Shown: positions 10,040-20,496 of the stretch, piece after piece
Numbering within the stretch: the first letter of the stretch is position 1
Layout: the number at the start of each line of letters is the position of its first letter
From: Bacteroidota bacterium
Lineage (GTDB): Bacteria; Bacteroidota; Ignavibacteria; UBA10030
DNA length: 62,797 nt
Direction: 5' to 3'
Assembly (NCBI GenBank): GCA_016928255.1
Contig: JAFGLB010000013.1
Coordinates: 1-62,797, forward strand
Translations under genes and position numbers: made by a program
Notes under the pieces: generated by a model
What the model saw: only the letters and a program-made list of their open reading frames with translations
What the model was told of the DNA's origin: nothing
Databases searched by the model: none

Positions 10040-10406
10040 AGTTCTAAATCTGATATATATGCAGATAAAAATGTTTCAAATATTAACACTAAGAGAAACA
10101 TATTAAACGGAATTTAAAAAAACAACACGATAATTCTCCGGCACTGCGAGATACCATCCGATTTAAATTCGTAAGTAGAAAACCGGGGATGAATACTTAA
10201 ACAGTAAATGATACTGTTAGGATGAATGTATTGAATTTTCTCGATAGATCATTAGATCAACAGTATATGATACAAACAACAATAAAAATGTGTTATTTTC
10301 ATTTTTTTACTATTAATAGCTTGATTACACAGAAAATCATAGGTAAACTCCTCACGTAAGATTTTTTAGATAGGGACTAAACCATCTATATCCGACAAAC
10401 GTCCTC

Positions 10407-11009
10407 ATGATAAGAGAAAAGAGAGGACGTATGGAACAACAAACTATCGCAATGACCGAAGTATTCAGGCCGGAAAAGCAGCAATTCCTCAGCGATCTTG
10501 ATATTGTTCACCGGGCGGTAACAGGTGACTCGGAGGCATTTCTCGGACTGTATAAACAGAACCTTCCCCGGATTTACGCTGTTTGTCTGCGTATTACGGC
10601 TGACCGGGAAGAAGCTGATGAAGTAACACAGCAGGCATTGGTCAGAACGTGGGAGATGCTTGATACCTACCGCGGCGAGAGTCCGCTTTCTGCATGGATT
10701 CATCGTATTGCTGTTAATGTCACGCTTGATTATCTGCGGTCACGTCACAATCTCAATAAGCGTATTCAGTTTACAGACGACCTTGAGATATATGATAATT
10801 CAGATACGTCCTCTTCTCGTGAAATTCAAATAGACATCGAACAAGCTATTGCTACTCTGCCTGCCCAGGCACGCGCAGTAATTGTTCTCCATTATATTGA
10901 AGGATATTCGCACAGCGAAATTTCCGGCTTGCTCGGAATTGCAATCGGCACATCAAAGGCCCATTTGCACGCTGCGAGAAGACTCTTAAAGGAGGTATTA
11001 GGACGATGA
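10407..11009 (+). CDS. ECF-type RNA polymerase sigma-70 family factor
   Basis: Region 2 is (DEVTQQALVRTWEMLDTYRGESPLSAWIHRIAVNVTLDYLR) and region 4 is (LPAQARAVIVLHYIEGYSHSEISGLLGIAIGTSKAHLHAARRLLK). An alternative start is the ATG at 10431. The stop overlaps the next gene as ATGA. Confidence 0.85.
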   Translation: MIREKRGRMEQQTIAMTEVFRPEKQQFLSDLDIVHRAVTGDSEAFLGLYKQNLPRIYAVCLRITADREEADEVTQQALVRTWEMLDTYRGESPLSAWIHRIAVNVTLDYLRSRHNLNKRIQFTDDLEIYDNSDTSSSREIQIDIEQAIATLPAQARAVIVLHYIEGYSHSEISGLLGIAIGTSKAHLHAARRLLKEVLGR

Positions 11010-13438
11010 ATAAAAAACATGTTTTTCATCTCATAGATGATTATATCGACGGCACGCTGGCCGCCGAAGATAGAAAAAAAGTAGAGCTGCACTTGAAGGA
11101 ATGCCCGCAGTGCAGAAAGAAGGTTTCGGAAATTGAATCGGTTGTGCACGATTTGCATCGCTTGCCTAAATCTATCGAACTGCCGGAGAAATTACAAAAA
11201 GCGATTGATAATAAACTGCTTGAGTACGGCACGAATCATCATACGCCGCAGCGTAAAAGAACACAAGTATGGAATCTTTTCGAACCTAAATCGATCATTC
11301 GATTGGCGGCAGGATTTGCGGTTCTGATTGGTGCCGGAATCATAATATGGCTGTATCTGCGGGATAATACTCACATAGAGAGAACTACAGTTCAGCAAAT
11401 TGAAGCATTACCGTCGACTGATTCTATCCGGCAGGAATATTTGCCGGAGCAGAAAATAAATGCAGACGCAAATAAAAAAACACTTAAAAAAGAACCAAAA
11501 CCTTTATTAGCTGAAAAAGTAAAAATTGATAGTAGTTCAAGAATAAATATTGAGGTAGAAAAGATTCCGGTTAAAGTCAGTATAAAAAAGCAAAATACTG
11601 AACAGGGTGAAATTTATGGTGTAGTAACGGATTCATTAGATGGTGAACCACTTATCGGAGTGAATATTATTCTTGAAGGAACTTCTATCAGAACATTTAC
11701 AGGCATAAATGGTGAATTTCAATTTAAAAATGTACCGGAAGGTCTTTATAAAATTAAAGTAAGCTATATCGGTTATCGGTCACAGACTATTGGCAATGTT
11801 TCAATAAAACCTGATATATCTCATCGAATGGACTTTAAGTTGTACCCTCAGTCATTTGCAGCAGGAGAAGTAGTAGTCACTGCTCAAATGCGTGCACTGA
11901 AATATACTATTAACTCGCAGCTTTCTTCGAATACGATCAGTAGTATGCGCGGTGTGGAATCAAATTATAAAGCTGCTCGACTATACGGTGATAATTTGTC
12001 GGATAGGTTAGATCCATCCTTTAACACAGAAGCATATAGTAAAATTAATGAAAACGAATTTAAGGATGCTTTAACAAATCCGCTTTCAACTTTTTCGATC
12101 GATGTTGATGCTGCATCTTACAGCAATATCCGCCGCTTTATTAACAGCGGTTCGCTTCCGCCTATAGATGTAGTTCGGATTGAAGAGATGATAAATTATT
12201 TTAAATATGATTATCCTCAGCCGGCTAATCAGCACCCATTTTCTGTCAATACAGAGGTCTCGGTATGTCCCTGGAATGCCGACAATTCTTTGCTGCTAAT
12301 CGGATTGCAGGGGAAGAATATCAATACTGAAAATATACCGCCGTGCAATCTTGTATTTCTTCTGGATGTTTCGGGTTCGATGGATGAGCCCGAAAAGCTT
12401 CCGTTGGTAAAATCCGCATTTCGTCTATTAGTGAATCAGCTTAGAAGTGTCGACAGAGTAGCAATTGTAGTCTATGCAGGAAATGCAGGCCTAGTACTTC
12501 CCTCGACTTCAGGCGATGAAAAAGAAAGAATTCTTAAAGCAATCGATAATCTTGAAGCGGGTGGTTCAACCGCGGGCGGACAGGGAATAATACTTGCATA
12601 TAAGACTGCAAAAGAAAATTTCCTTAAAGACGGAAATAACCGGGTTATACTTGCAACCGACGGTGATTTTAATGTCGGTGTTTCAAGCGATTCTGAGATG
12701 GAACGCTTGATCGAGGAAAAGCGTAATGACGGAATATATCTGTCAGTGCTCGGCTTCGGAACGGGGAACTATAAAGACTCAAAAATGGAGAAGCTGGCAG
12801 ATAAAGGAAATGGAAATTATGCTTATGTAGATAATATACAGGAAGCCCGCAAGGTGTTCGGCGAGCAATTGGCCGGAACGCTGTACACGATCGCGAAGGA
12901 TGTAAAGATCCAGATTGAGTTCAATCCTGCAATAATAAAATCATACCGCCTGATAGGATATGAAAACCGCCTTCTCAATAAAGAAGATTTCAAAGACGAC
13001 AAAAAAGATGCCGGCGAACTTGGATCGGGCCATACTGTTACCGCTCTTTATGAGCTTGTTCTTAACGATCAAGAGACAAATATCCAGAATATCGATTCTC
13101 TAAAATACCAGACGATCGTAGTGAAGCCGGAATCTTTCAATGCAGATGAAATGCTGACGGTAAAACTACGGTATAAATTACCCGAAGAGTCTACAAGCAA
13201 TCTAATCACAAAGCCAGTAAGAAAATCAATTAAGCGCTTCGATGATGCTTCAAGAAATTTACGGTTTGCGTCTTCTGTAGCAATGTTCGGAATGATGCTT
13301 AGAGATTCAAAGGAAAAAGGCGATTCAAGTTATGATCTTATTCTAGAAAATGTTAAAAGATCCCTGGGAGCTGATAAAGAAGGCTATAATTCAGAGTTTG
13401 TAAGGCTTGTTGAGATTTGCAGGCAGCTTGATGATTGA
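11006..13438 (+). CDS. Anti-sigma factor (zf-HC2) fused to a TM segment, a CarboxypepD_reg-like domain and a YfbK-type von Willebrand A domain
   Basis: The N-terminus has HLKECPQCRKK and a TM segment (IIRLAAGFAVLIGAGIIIWLY). The CarboxypepD_reg-like region reads GVVTDSLDGEPLIGVNIILEGTS...GEFQFKNVPEGLYKIKVSYIGY. The YfbK-like region reads NPLSTFSIDVDAASYSNIRRFIN... and carries a MIDAS motif (LLDVSGSM...GGSTAG...ATDGDFN). There is a 4-nt overlap with the sigma gene. Confidence 0.8.
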   Translation: MNKKHVFHLIDDYIDGTLAAEDRKKVELHLKECPQCRKKVSEIESVVHDLHRLPKSIELPEKLQKAIDNKLLEYGTNHHTPQRKRTQVWNLFEPKSIIRLAAGFAVLIGAGIIIWLYLRDNTHIERTTVQQIEALPSTDSIRQEYLPEQKINADANKKTLKKEPKPLLAEKVKIDSSSRINIEVEKIPVKVSIKKQNTEQGEIYGVVTDSLDGEPLIGVNIILEGTSIRTFTGINGEFQFKNVPEGLYKIKVSYIGYRSQTIGNVSIKPDISHRMDFKLYPQSFAAGEVVVTAQMRALKYTINSQLSSNTISSMRGVESNYKAARLYGDNLSDRLDPSFNTEAYSKINENEFKDALTNPLSTFSIDVDAASYSNIRRFINSGSLPPIDVVRIEEMINYFKYDYPQPANQHPFSVNTEVSVCPWNADNSLLLIGLQGKNINTENIPPCNLVFLLDVSGSMDEPEKLPLVKSAFRLLVNQLRSVDRVAIVVYAGNAGLVLPSTSGDEKERILKAIDNLEAGGSTAGGQGIILAYKTAKENFLKDGNNRVILATDGDFNVGVSSDSEMERLIEEKRNDGIYLSVLGFGTGNYKDSKMEKLADKGNGNYAYVDNIQEARKVFGEQLAGTLYTIAKDVKIQIEFNPAIIKSYRLIGYENRLLNKEDFKDDKKDAGELGSGHTVTALYELVLNDQETNIQNIDSLKYQTIVVKPESFNADEMLTVKLRYKLPEESTSNLITKPVRKSIKRFDDASRNLRFASSVAMFGMMLRDSKEKGDSSYDLILENVKRSLGADKEGYNSEFVRLVEICRQLDD

Positions 13439-13514
13439 ATAGAAAAAAATGGTAAGATCTATTTTGTGCTGCAACCTGCTGTATTTAGTGATAAAGCGTC
13501 TTCGAATCTTATTC

Positions 13515-13545
13515 AGAATCCCCGTTAAGGGGATTCTTGTTTTAA
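13515..13545 (+). terminator. Rho-independent terminator
   Basis: agaatcccc-gttaa-ggggattct gives a 9-bp stem, followed by the T-rich tgttttaaagtgtttttgtttt. Confidence 0.6.
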
Positions 13546-13782
13546 AGTGTTTTTGTTTTAAGACTGAATATTTTAACAGGTTGGTAATACTGCCGGATTT
13601 GCCAGGATTTTTCGTAGTCAAGACTGAGGAGATATGATTTTCCCCTTTAATATCCGGCATATTCTGTCTTTTGCTTGTTGTCATTGCGCAAGAACGCGAA
13701 AACTTATAAATTATACCCAATTACTACCGGTTGCTTTTGTCATGTCTTGTCGAATAGGAGAGCGGTGATAAAGGAATCACTT

Positions 13783-16700
13783 ATGCTGATTAACCTGATC
13801 AGATCCTGCCCGATTATATTATATACTGTTTTAATTTCGATTAATACTTGTCTACTGCATTCTCAAAAACAGAACATCCGGTTTGAACATCTTTCCAATG
13901 AGCATGGATTATCGCAGAATTCCGTCCCCTGTATTGTGCAGGATAAAAAAGGTTTTTTATGGTTCGGCACATATGAGGGATTAAACAGATACGACGGTTA
14001 CAAATTTAAGATCTATAAATCAGAAAGGGATAATCCTGAAAGTCTCTGCCATAATACCGTGCAGTTCCTTTATGAGGATCACGACGGGATTCTATGGATA
14101 GGTACCGATGGCGGTCTCGATCAATATGACCGCCAGAAGGATAAATTTGTACATTATAAATATAATCCGGAAGACACCGCCAGCTTAAGCAATAATAGAA
14201 TTCGATGGATATGTGAAGATCAGGCCGGTACGCTTTGGATAGGCACATATGGCGGCGGCCTGAACAGGTTGGACCGGGAAAGAAAAAAATTTTTACGGTA
14301 TCAGAATAATCCGGCAGATCCAAACAGTATCATCAATGACAATATCGCATGTGTTTGTATTAGTTTGAGCGGAGATATCTGGATTGCCGCACATGCCGGA
14401 CTTTCAATGTTCGATCCTAAGAAGAATGTATTTTACTGGTATGTGCATGATCCAAAAAATCCAAACAGCTTAAGCGGGAACGACATTTACAGAGTATATG
14501 AAGATCAAAGGGGATTTCTCTGGGTCGCAGTCTGGAACGGCAATCTTGAACGGTTTGATCCGCTGAAAAACCGTTTTATTCATTATAGAAATCGGACCGG
14601 CGATCCTTACAGCATAAGCAGTAATATAGTTCAGTCGTTTTACGAAGACAGGACCGGGTGTTTCTGGATGGGAACATGGGGCGGAGGTGTTAATATATAC
14701 GACCGTGAAAAGGATCGGTTTATTCATTATGAATCCGATCCGAACGACATGAACAGCATAAGCAACAATTCAGTGCTTTCGATATACGAGGATCGAACCG
14801 GTATTATTTGGATAGGCACGGATTTTGGAGGTATCAATAAATATAACCGCGGCAGAATGAAATTTAAACATTATAAAAAGGATCCGAACAAAGCCAGTAC
14901 TTTGAGCGATAACACGATTTATTCCATCGCTGAAACTAACGAAGAAAATAAAAAAAATCTTTGGATAGGAACACAGGCCGGAGGGCTGGATAAATTTGAT
15001 AAAGAGAAAAACAGATATACTAATTACAAAAATGATCCCCAGGATCCTTTCAGCCTTATTAATAACAGCGTAAGAGTAATTCTTCCGGATCGAGCCGGGC
15101 GGATCTGGATTGGAACAAACAAAGGATTGAACCTGCTGGACCGGCGCAGCGAAAAGTTTACATTATATATACCTGATATTGGCACGATAGGCAGGACGAA
15201 TAACGATGTGTTTTCTCTCTGCAAAGATAAACAGGGATATATCTGGATAGGAACATACGGAAGAGGCCTTTACAGATTGGATCCGGATAAAAAGAAATTT
15301 ACATCCTTTATCAACGAATCTGAAGATCCGCAAAGTCTCAGTGATAATATTATTCGCTCGATACTGGAGGATCGTTACGGAACAATCTGGATCGGGACCG
15401 ATAACGGCGGCCTGAACCGGTTGAATGCAGATAACAACAGTTTTACACATTATAAAAACGATCCTGAAAATTCCAAAAGCCTCAGCAGCAATAAAGTATT
15501 ATGCATATATGAAGATCAATCCGGAGCTCTCTGGCTGGGAACGACTATAGGTTTGAATAAACTTGAGCGGTCTGACAGCAGTTTTATTCATTACACTGAA
15601 GCTGACGGCCTGCCGAGCAATGCAATTCAATCTATACTTGAAGACGGGAGAGGCAATTTATGGCTCGGGACACAAAAAGGACTTTCAAAATTCGATCCGG
15701 GCACTAATAGATTTAAAAATTTTAAAATAAGCGACGGGCTCCAAAGCAACGAATTCACCGTAAACGCCTGCCTTAAAAGCCGGGACGGCGAAATGTTCTT
15801 CGGCGGCACGAACGGGTTCAACTCTTTCCATCCCGACAGTATCAGCACCAACTTATTGATTCCTCCGGTTGTTATTGAAAGTTTTCATGTATTCAATAAA
15901 AGCGTTTCTGCCGGAGAAGATATTGACGGCCATGTAATATTGGAAAATTCAATAATAGAGAGCAGTGAACTATCATTGACATATAGAGAAAACAGTTTTG
16001 CTTTTGAATTTGCATCCCTCGATTTTACTTCTCCGGAAGAAAACAAATATGCTTATATGATGGAAGGATTTGATGAAAAGTGGAATTATACGGATGCAGA
16101 CAGGCGGTTTGCATCGTACACAAATATGAGCGGGGGAGATTATGTATTTCGTGTAAAAGGATCGAACAATGACGGCATATGGAATGATGGAGGAACATCT
16201 ATTCATGTTGCAATTGAATCGCCGTTCTGGAAGACCTTATGGTTTTATGCTCTCTGTATCATTGTGGTTGTCTCCGCCGGAGCCAGCGCATATCGGTACA
16301 GGATGTATCGTGTACGTATGATAGAGAGGAATTTGAAGAAGAAGGTGGATGAGAGGACACGGGAGCTTGCTCGTGAAGTTGCCGAACATCGAAGAGCCGA
16401 GGAAGCTTTATTATTGTTGGATACAGCTATAGAATCTGCAGCTAATGCAATCGTGATAACAGACCGGGATGGAAAGATAATTTCAGTCAATCAGGCTTTT
16501 ACCAGAATTACCGGCTATACTCCGGAAGATGCTATAGGCCAAAAAACAAATATACTTAATTCAGGCAGACATCCTGATTTATTCTTCCAAAATATGTGGG
16601 AGACCATTTTATCCGGAGAAGTGTGGAAGGGAGAAATTGAGAACAAGCGTAAAGACGGCAGTTTGTATACCGAAGAAATGACCATCACTCCGGTCCGTCA

Positions 16701-17916
16701 GGCGGGCGGAGAAATTTCGCATTTTATTGCAATCAAACAGGATATAACAGAACAAAAGAAACTTCAGAGCCAGATACTCCAATCGCAAAAAATCCAAAGC
16801 ATAGGAACGCTGGCCGGGGGCATTGCGCATGATTTCAATAATATACTCAGTATTATTCTGGGATATGCGTCTCTGCTGGAGACTCGCCTGGAAAAAAATA
16901 AAAAACTTCTTTCCAATATAAAGACTATTGAACAGGCCGCTGATCGGGGCACTGCATTGGTGCGTCAGATTTTGACGTTTGCCCGGAAAACCAATGTTTT
17001 GTTTGAATCTTTGGATATATCCGAATCGGTTCATGAACTGATCTCTATGCTTCAGCAGACTTTTCCCAGAACGATCACATTTAGGGTGCAGATTGAAGAC
17101 TCCATTCCTTTAATATGGGCCGATCGCTCGCAGATACATCAATTACTTCTGAATCTGTATCTTAACGCCCGAGATGCAATGCCGGACGGCGGAACAATCA
17201 CTTTATCTGCAGTACGAAAAACCCGTGCCCAGGTACAGGAACGTTTTCCGGCAGCAGGCCGGAAGGCATATGTCTGCGTAAGTATCTCGGATACGGGTGA
17301 GGGAATACCCAAGGAAATGCAGCGGCGCGTGTTTGATCCTTTCTTTACGACAAAAGACCAGGGAAAAGGCAGCGGCCTCGGCTTGTCTGTTGTCTTTGGA
17401 ATCGTCGAAGCGCATCATTCCTTCATTGATATAGAAAGCGAATCAGGACTTGGCACAACATTCCATATCTATTTTCCAGTTTCAGAAATCGAAGAACAAC
17501 CGGCTGAGAAAGGTGTGTTTGATAAAAACAGGAAAAAAGGAGGTACCGAGACGGTTCTTCTTGTTGAGGATGAAGAATCTATTCTGAATATGTTTTATAT
17601 AACACTTAAATCCGGAGGATATACGGTATACAGCGCTTCAGATGGAATTAAGGCGATAGAAATTTACCAAAAACATATGCAGGAAATCGCGCTGGTGATT
17701 ACTGATATGGGATTGCCTGAAATGTCAGGCGAAAATGAATTTAAAAAACTGAGAGAAATTAATGCGAATGTGAAAGTGATCCTTGTCAGCGGTTTTTGGG
17801 AACCGGAGACAAAATCACGGCTGGTAGAAGCCGGTGCAGATGGAATTCTTCAAAAGCCCTGCAAACCCGATGAGATACTCGGCTTAGTCCGCCAGGTACT
17901 GGATAAAACAAGTTAA
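13783..17916 (+). CDS. Hybrid sensor kinase: periplasmic Reg_prop beta-propeller repeats + Y_Y_Y domain, TM, PAS, HisKA, HATPase_c, REC (no DNA-binding output)
   Basis: The ORF opens at a TTG at 13675, but the ATG at 13783 starts a signal/TM segment (MLINLIRSCPIILYTVLISINT). Repeated motifs (GLSQNSV...D..G.LWIGT..GLNR.D) are present, along with Y_Y_Y (YAYMMEGFDEKWNY...GDYVFRVKG). After the TM come PAS, the H-box ([11 protein letters not shown]), the G-boxes and a receiver (LLVEDEE...ITDMGLPEMSG). Confidence 0.85.
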   Translation: MLINLIRSCPIILYTVLISINTCLLHSQKQNIRFEHLSNEHGLSQNSVPCIVQDKKGFLWFGTYEGLNRYDGYKFKIYKSERDNPESLCHNTVQFLYEDHDGILWIGTDGGLDQYDRQKDKFVHYKYNPEDTASLSNNRIRWICEDQAGTLWIGTYGGGLNRLDRERKKFLRYQNNPADPNSIINDNIACVCISLSGDIWIAAHAGLSMFDPKKNVFYWYVHDPKNPNSLSGNDIYRVYEDQRGFLWVAVWNGNLERFDPLKNRFIHYRNRTGDPYSISSNIVQSFYEDRTGCFWMGTWGGGVNIYDREKDRFIHYESDPNDMNSISNNSVLSIYEDRTGIIWIGTDFGGINKYNRGRMKFKHYKKDPNKASTLSDNTIYSIAETNEENKKNLWIGTQAGGLDKFDKEKNRYTNYKNDPQDPFSLINNSVRVILPDRAGRIWIGTNKGLNLLDRRSEKFTLYIPDIGTIGRTNNDVFSLCKDKQGYIWIGTYGRGLYRLDPDKKKFTSFINESEDPQSLSDNIIRSILEDRYGTIWIGTDNGGLNRLNADNNSFTHYKNDPENSKSLSSNKVLCIYEDQSGALWLGTTIGLNKLERSDSSFIHYTEADGLPSNAIQSILEDGRGNLWLGTQKGLSKFDPGTNRFKNFKISDGLQSNEFTVNACLKSRDGEMFFGGTNGFNSFHPDSISTNLLIPPVVIESFHVFNKSVSAGEDIDGHVILENSIIESSELSLTYRENSFAFEFASLDFTSPEENKYAYMMEGFDEKWNYTDADRRFASYTNMSGGDYVFRVKGSNNDGIWNDGGTSIHVAIESPFWKTLWFYALCIIVVVSAGASAYRYRMYRVRMIERNLKKKVDERTRELAREVAEHRRAEEALLLLDTAIESAANAIVITDRDGKIISVNQAFTRITGYTPEDAIGQKTNILNSGRHPDLFFQNMWETILSGEVWKGEIENKRKDGSLYTEEMTITPVRQAGGEISHFIAIKQDITEQKKLQSQILQSQKIQSIGTLAGGIAHDFNNILSIILGYASLLETRLEKNKKLLSNIKTIEQAADRGTALVRQILTFARKTNVLFESLDISESVHELISMLQQTFPRTITFRVQIEDSIPLIWADRSQIHQLLLNLYLNARDAMPDGGTITLSAVRKTRAQVQERFPAAGRKAYVCVSISDTGEGIPKEMQRRVFDPFFTTKDQGKGSGLGLSVVFGIVEAHHSFIDIESESGLGTTFHIYFPVSEIEEQPAEKGVFDKNRKKGGTETVLLVEDEESILNMFYITLKSGGYTVYSASDGIKAIEIYQKHMQEIALVITDMGLPEMSGENEFKKLREINANVKVILVSGFWEPETKSRLVEAGADGILQKPCKPDEILGLVRQVLDKTS

Positions 17917-18353
17917 GAAGAAAGTTTTTATACGGTACGTAAATCTCCCGACGGTATTATGGTTATGAATAAAGATTCGTATCGTTATTCAGCTGAGTTA
18001 GAGTCGAATGCCTTTTGGCATTTATTTAAACGGTAAAGATGCTATGCTGTACAAATTATTTTTCCGAACCGGTAAAGGTATACCCGAACAGATATTCTTA
18101 ATGAGAATGCTTTTTTGCCGTCAAATTTTATAAGCGTGGACTGACAGTATCATAGGCAGTTTCAATATTTCTCCTCATAGCAATCAGGATAATTCTTAAT
18201 CTGCCACCTATCATGTCGGCGCTCTTCTGCATAAACTAGTAATTGCTGTTTGCGATACTAACTTGAATAGTCAATGACCGTTTTTTCTACTGAATGAATC
18301 CGGATAAGGAAATTATTCAGAGCTTTATATTTCCGCATATTGTCTCAGAATTG

Positions 18354-20315
18354 TTATTCTCTTGCCGGGACTTTAATAACGAAACCGCCATGGGGACGCA
18401 TATCCAGTTTATCCGATCCTGTAATTGTCATGTTCCTTTTGATTAAATCATTTGTGTCGGCAGAATCGGTAATAAGAATGCCTTTGGCAGATTTTTTAAT
18501 GAATGGGAGATCTAAGGTCACTGTACGATGAGAATTTTCCCCGTTTATACCTGCTATATACCACACATCTCTTTTTTTCCGCGCCAGTATTACATACTTG
18601 CCCGGAATACCGTCGATGAATTTCACGTCATCCCAACATTCTGGTAATGCCTTCATATATTCTATGACGAAATCCTTTTGAGACGCCATTCCGGTTGGTG
18701 TTTCAGCAATATGTTGAATGCCCGAAGTAAACAATACCGACAGTGCTATTTCAAAACCGCCTGTTGTTTTTCGCAGAATATTCGGTATGCCCGAGAAATT
18801 TACCGGTGTAAAATCCATAGGATCGAAGAGATTTCTTGTAAACGGAATGACCGTGCAATGGACAGGCTGCTGATCGGCGTTATACTGCCCGAAGGTCACG
18901 TATTCCTCTCCTTTGATGGCTTCCATGCTTACTAAGTTTGGATAAGTCCTTGACCACCCGCGCGGGTATGTAGAGCCGTGGAAATTTACCGCAAGATTAT
19001 ATTTTGCAGCATCTTCCAAGATATTGATATAATATTTCATCATCGACTGCCCGTCACCGCCGAAGAAATCAACTTTGATTCCGGCAACACCGATTTCTTT
19101 CAACTTCTGAAACTCGGCCGATCTGGATTTATTTGAGATCATTTTATCACGGGGGGTGAGCGTTGTCGTATTCCAGTCACCCGCCGAATTGTACCATAAA
19201 AGAATTTTTACATTTTTACTTCTTGCATAATCTGCGAGCTGTTTGATTTTTTCGTATCCGATTTTGGTATCCCAGAAAGCATCGATAAGACAATACCTCC
19301 AATTCATAGAAGCGGCAAAATCGATATAACGCTGTTGAGCTTCATACACAGTTGAATCGTCTTTAAGAATAACCCAGCTCCATGATGCAATTCCCGGCTT
19401 CAGCCATGACGATACATCATATTTTGCCGGAACAGCCAGATCGGTTGCCAATGTAGATTCTATCAAACCTGCAAGATTATCGGAGAGAGCAATAATTCGC
19501 CATGGAGTATACCACGGCGTTGTCGATTCAGGCAAAACCGGTCCATCCGGCCTGCCTTCCTGCGGCTGGGGAAATTGAACCGAATATTCACCATCCGGTG
19601 AAAACTGGCTCAAGCGCGATCCGCAGTAATTTGTATCAACGGCAGTCTCTGTAATGCATATCCAATACTTGCCGTAATTGAAAAGCGCGGGCATTACCCA
19701 TCCGGCCTGATAGGGTGATACCATCCCAACGGGCATGTTGATATTGTAGAATTCTTCATAAGAAGGTTGTGTGAAGCACCATCCCGTTCGTGCATCCGGA
19801 CATGGCTGTAAAAATGCTTTTGTCGAAGGATCGAAGTGATAAGATGTTTCTTCTTTGAAGATTTTTATAATTGTATCCTTTTTATCCGGAAAAAAATACC
19901 TGAATGCAACTCCGTTATCGGATACCTGGAAAATGATTTCCATCCTTTTTGAATTTAAATTCTTCATGTAAAAAACCTGCTTGTTTCCCGTGTATTGACA
20001 ATCCAATCGCTTGCCATGAAGCATAGTATACTTATCGGACACTGGAATTACATTTGAGACTGAATCAAGAATCAGATTGGCTGAAAAATCCTCGTCGCTT
20101 CTGATAATTCCTAACCTCGACTCCTTGATAACATCCGAGCCGGAATGAGATACAGAGTAGACTATTTTACCGCCGGGAGCAATCCTTAAGTGTACAGAAA
20201 GTTTTGTGTCCGGACTTTTTAACATGTAATTTTCCGTACACATGGCATCGGCAGAGAAAACCACCGTAAGAAGAAATAATAGTGACCTAAGATGTTTTAT
20301 CATTTTAGTATCCAT
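18354..20315 (-). CDS. Glycoside hydrolase family 97 (alpha-glucosidase/alpha-galactosidase type)
   Basis: 653 aa with a signal peptide. The N-terminus is GH97-typical (LKSPDTKLSVHLRI..GGKIVYSVSHSG). The catalytic-barrel motif is GVAGIKVDFFGGDGQSMMKYY. Confidence 0.8.
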   Translation of the reverse strand: MDTKMIKHLRSLLFLLTVVFSADAMCTENYMLKSPDTKLSVHLRIAPGGKIVYSVSHSGSDVIKESRLGIIRSDEDFSANLILDSVSNVIPVSDKYTMLHGKRLDCQYTGNKQVFYMKNLNSKRMEIIFQVSDNGVAFRYFFPDKKDTIIKIFKEETSYHFDPSTKAFLQPCPDARTGWCFTQPSYEEFYNINMPVGMVSPYQAGWVMPALFNYGKYWICITETAVDTNYCGSRLSQFSPDGEYSVQFPQPQEGRPDGPVLPESTTPWYTPWRIIALSDNLAGLIESTLATDLAVPAKYDVSSWLKPGIASWSWVILKDDSTVYEAQQRYIDFAASMNWRYCLIDAFWDTKIGYEKIKQLADYARSKNVKILLWYNSAGDWNTTTLTPRDKMISNKSRSAEFQKLKEIGVAGIKVDFFGGDGQSMMKYYINILEDAAKYNLAVNFHGSTYPRGWSRTYPNLVSMEAIKGEEYVTFGQYNADQQPVHCTVIPFTRNLFDPMDFTPVNFSGIPNILRKTTGGFEIALSVLFTSGIQHIAETPTGMASQKDFVIEYMKALPECWDDVKFIDGIPGKYVILARKKRDVWYIAGINGENSHRTVTLDLPFIKKSAKGILITDSADTNDLIKRNMTITGSDKLDMRPHGGFVIKVPARE

Positions 20316-20496
20316 TTATTAATTGATGAATTCAGGCAGCACAGTGCCGGCGTATTGATAATAGACACCGGTACAGCTGCAGGATTTTTTATGAACATTG
20401 CATTGTAATATACATTCCAGGTACCATTAGTATATATAAAAACTTGATCAGAACTGCATAAATGATATTACAGTTTTTTATCCAGGTGCGTTTATA

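Noticed and set aside
13391-13720. ORFs 13391-13720 (-) and 13449-13637 (+) in the anti-sigma/kinase spacer
   Set aside because: They overlap each other and the terminator hairpin at 13515-13545. Their composition is low-complexity and they have no motifs. They are probably non-coding.
13675-13782. TTG-initiated 36-aa N-terminal extension of the propeller kinase
   Set aside because: The extension is Cys/Arg-rich and not signal-like. The ATG at 13783 starts a proper signal/TM segment, so the shorter model is preferred.
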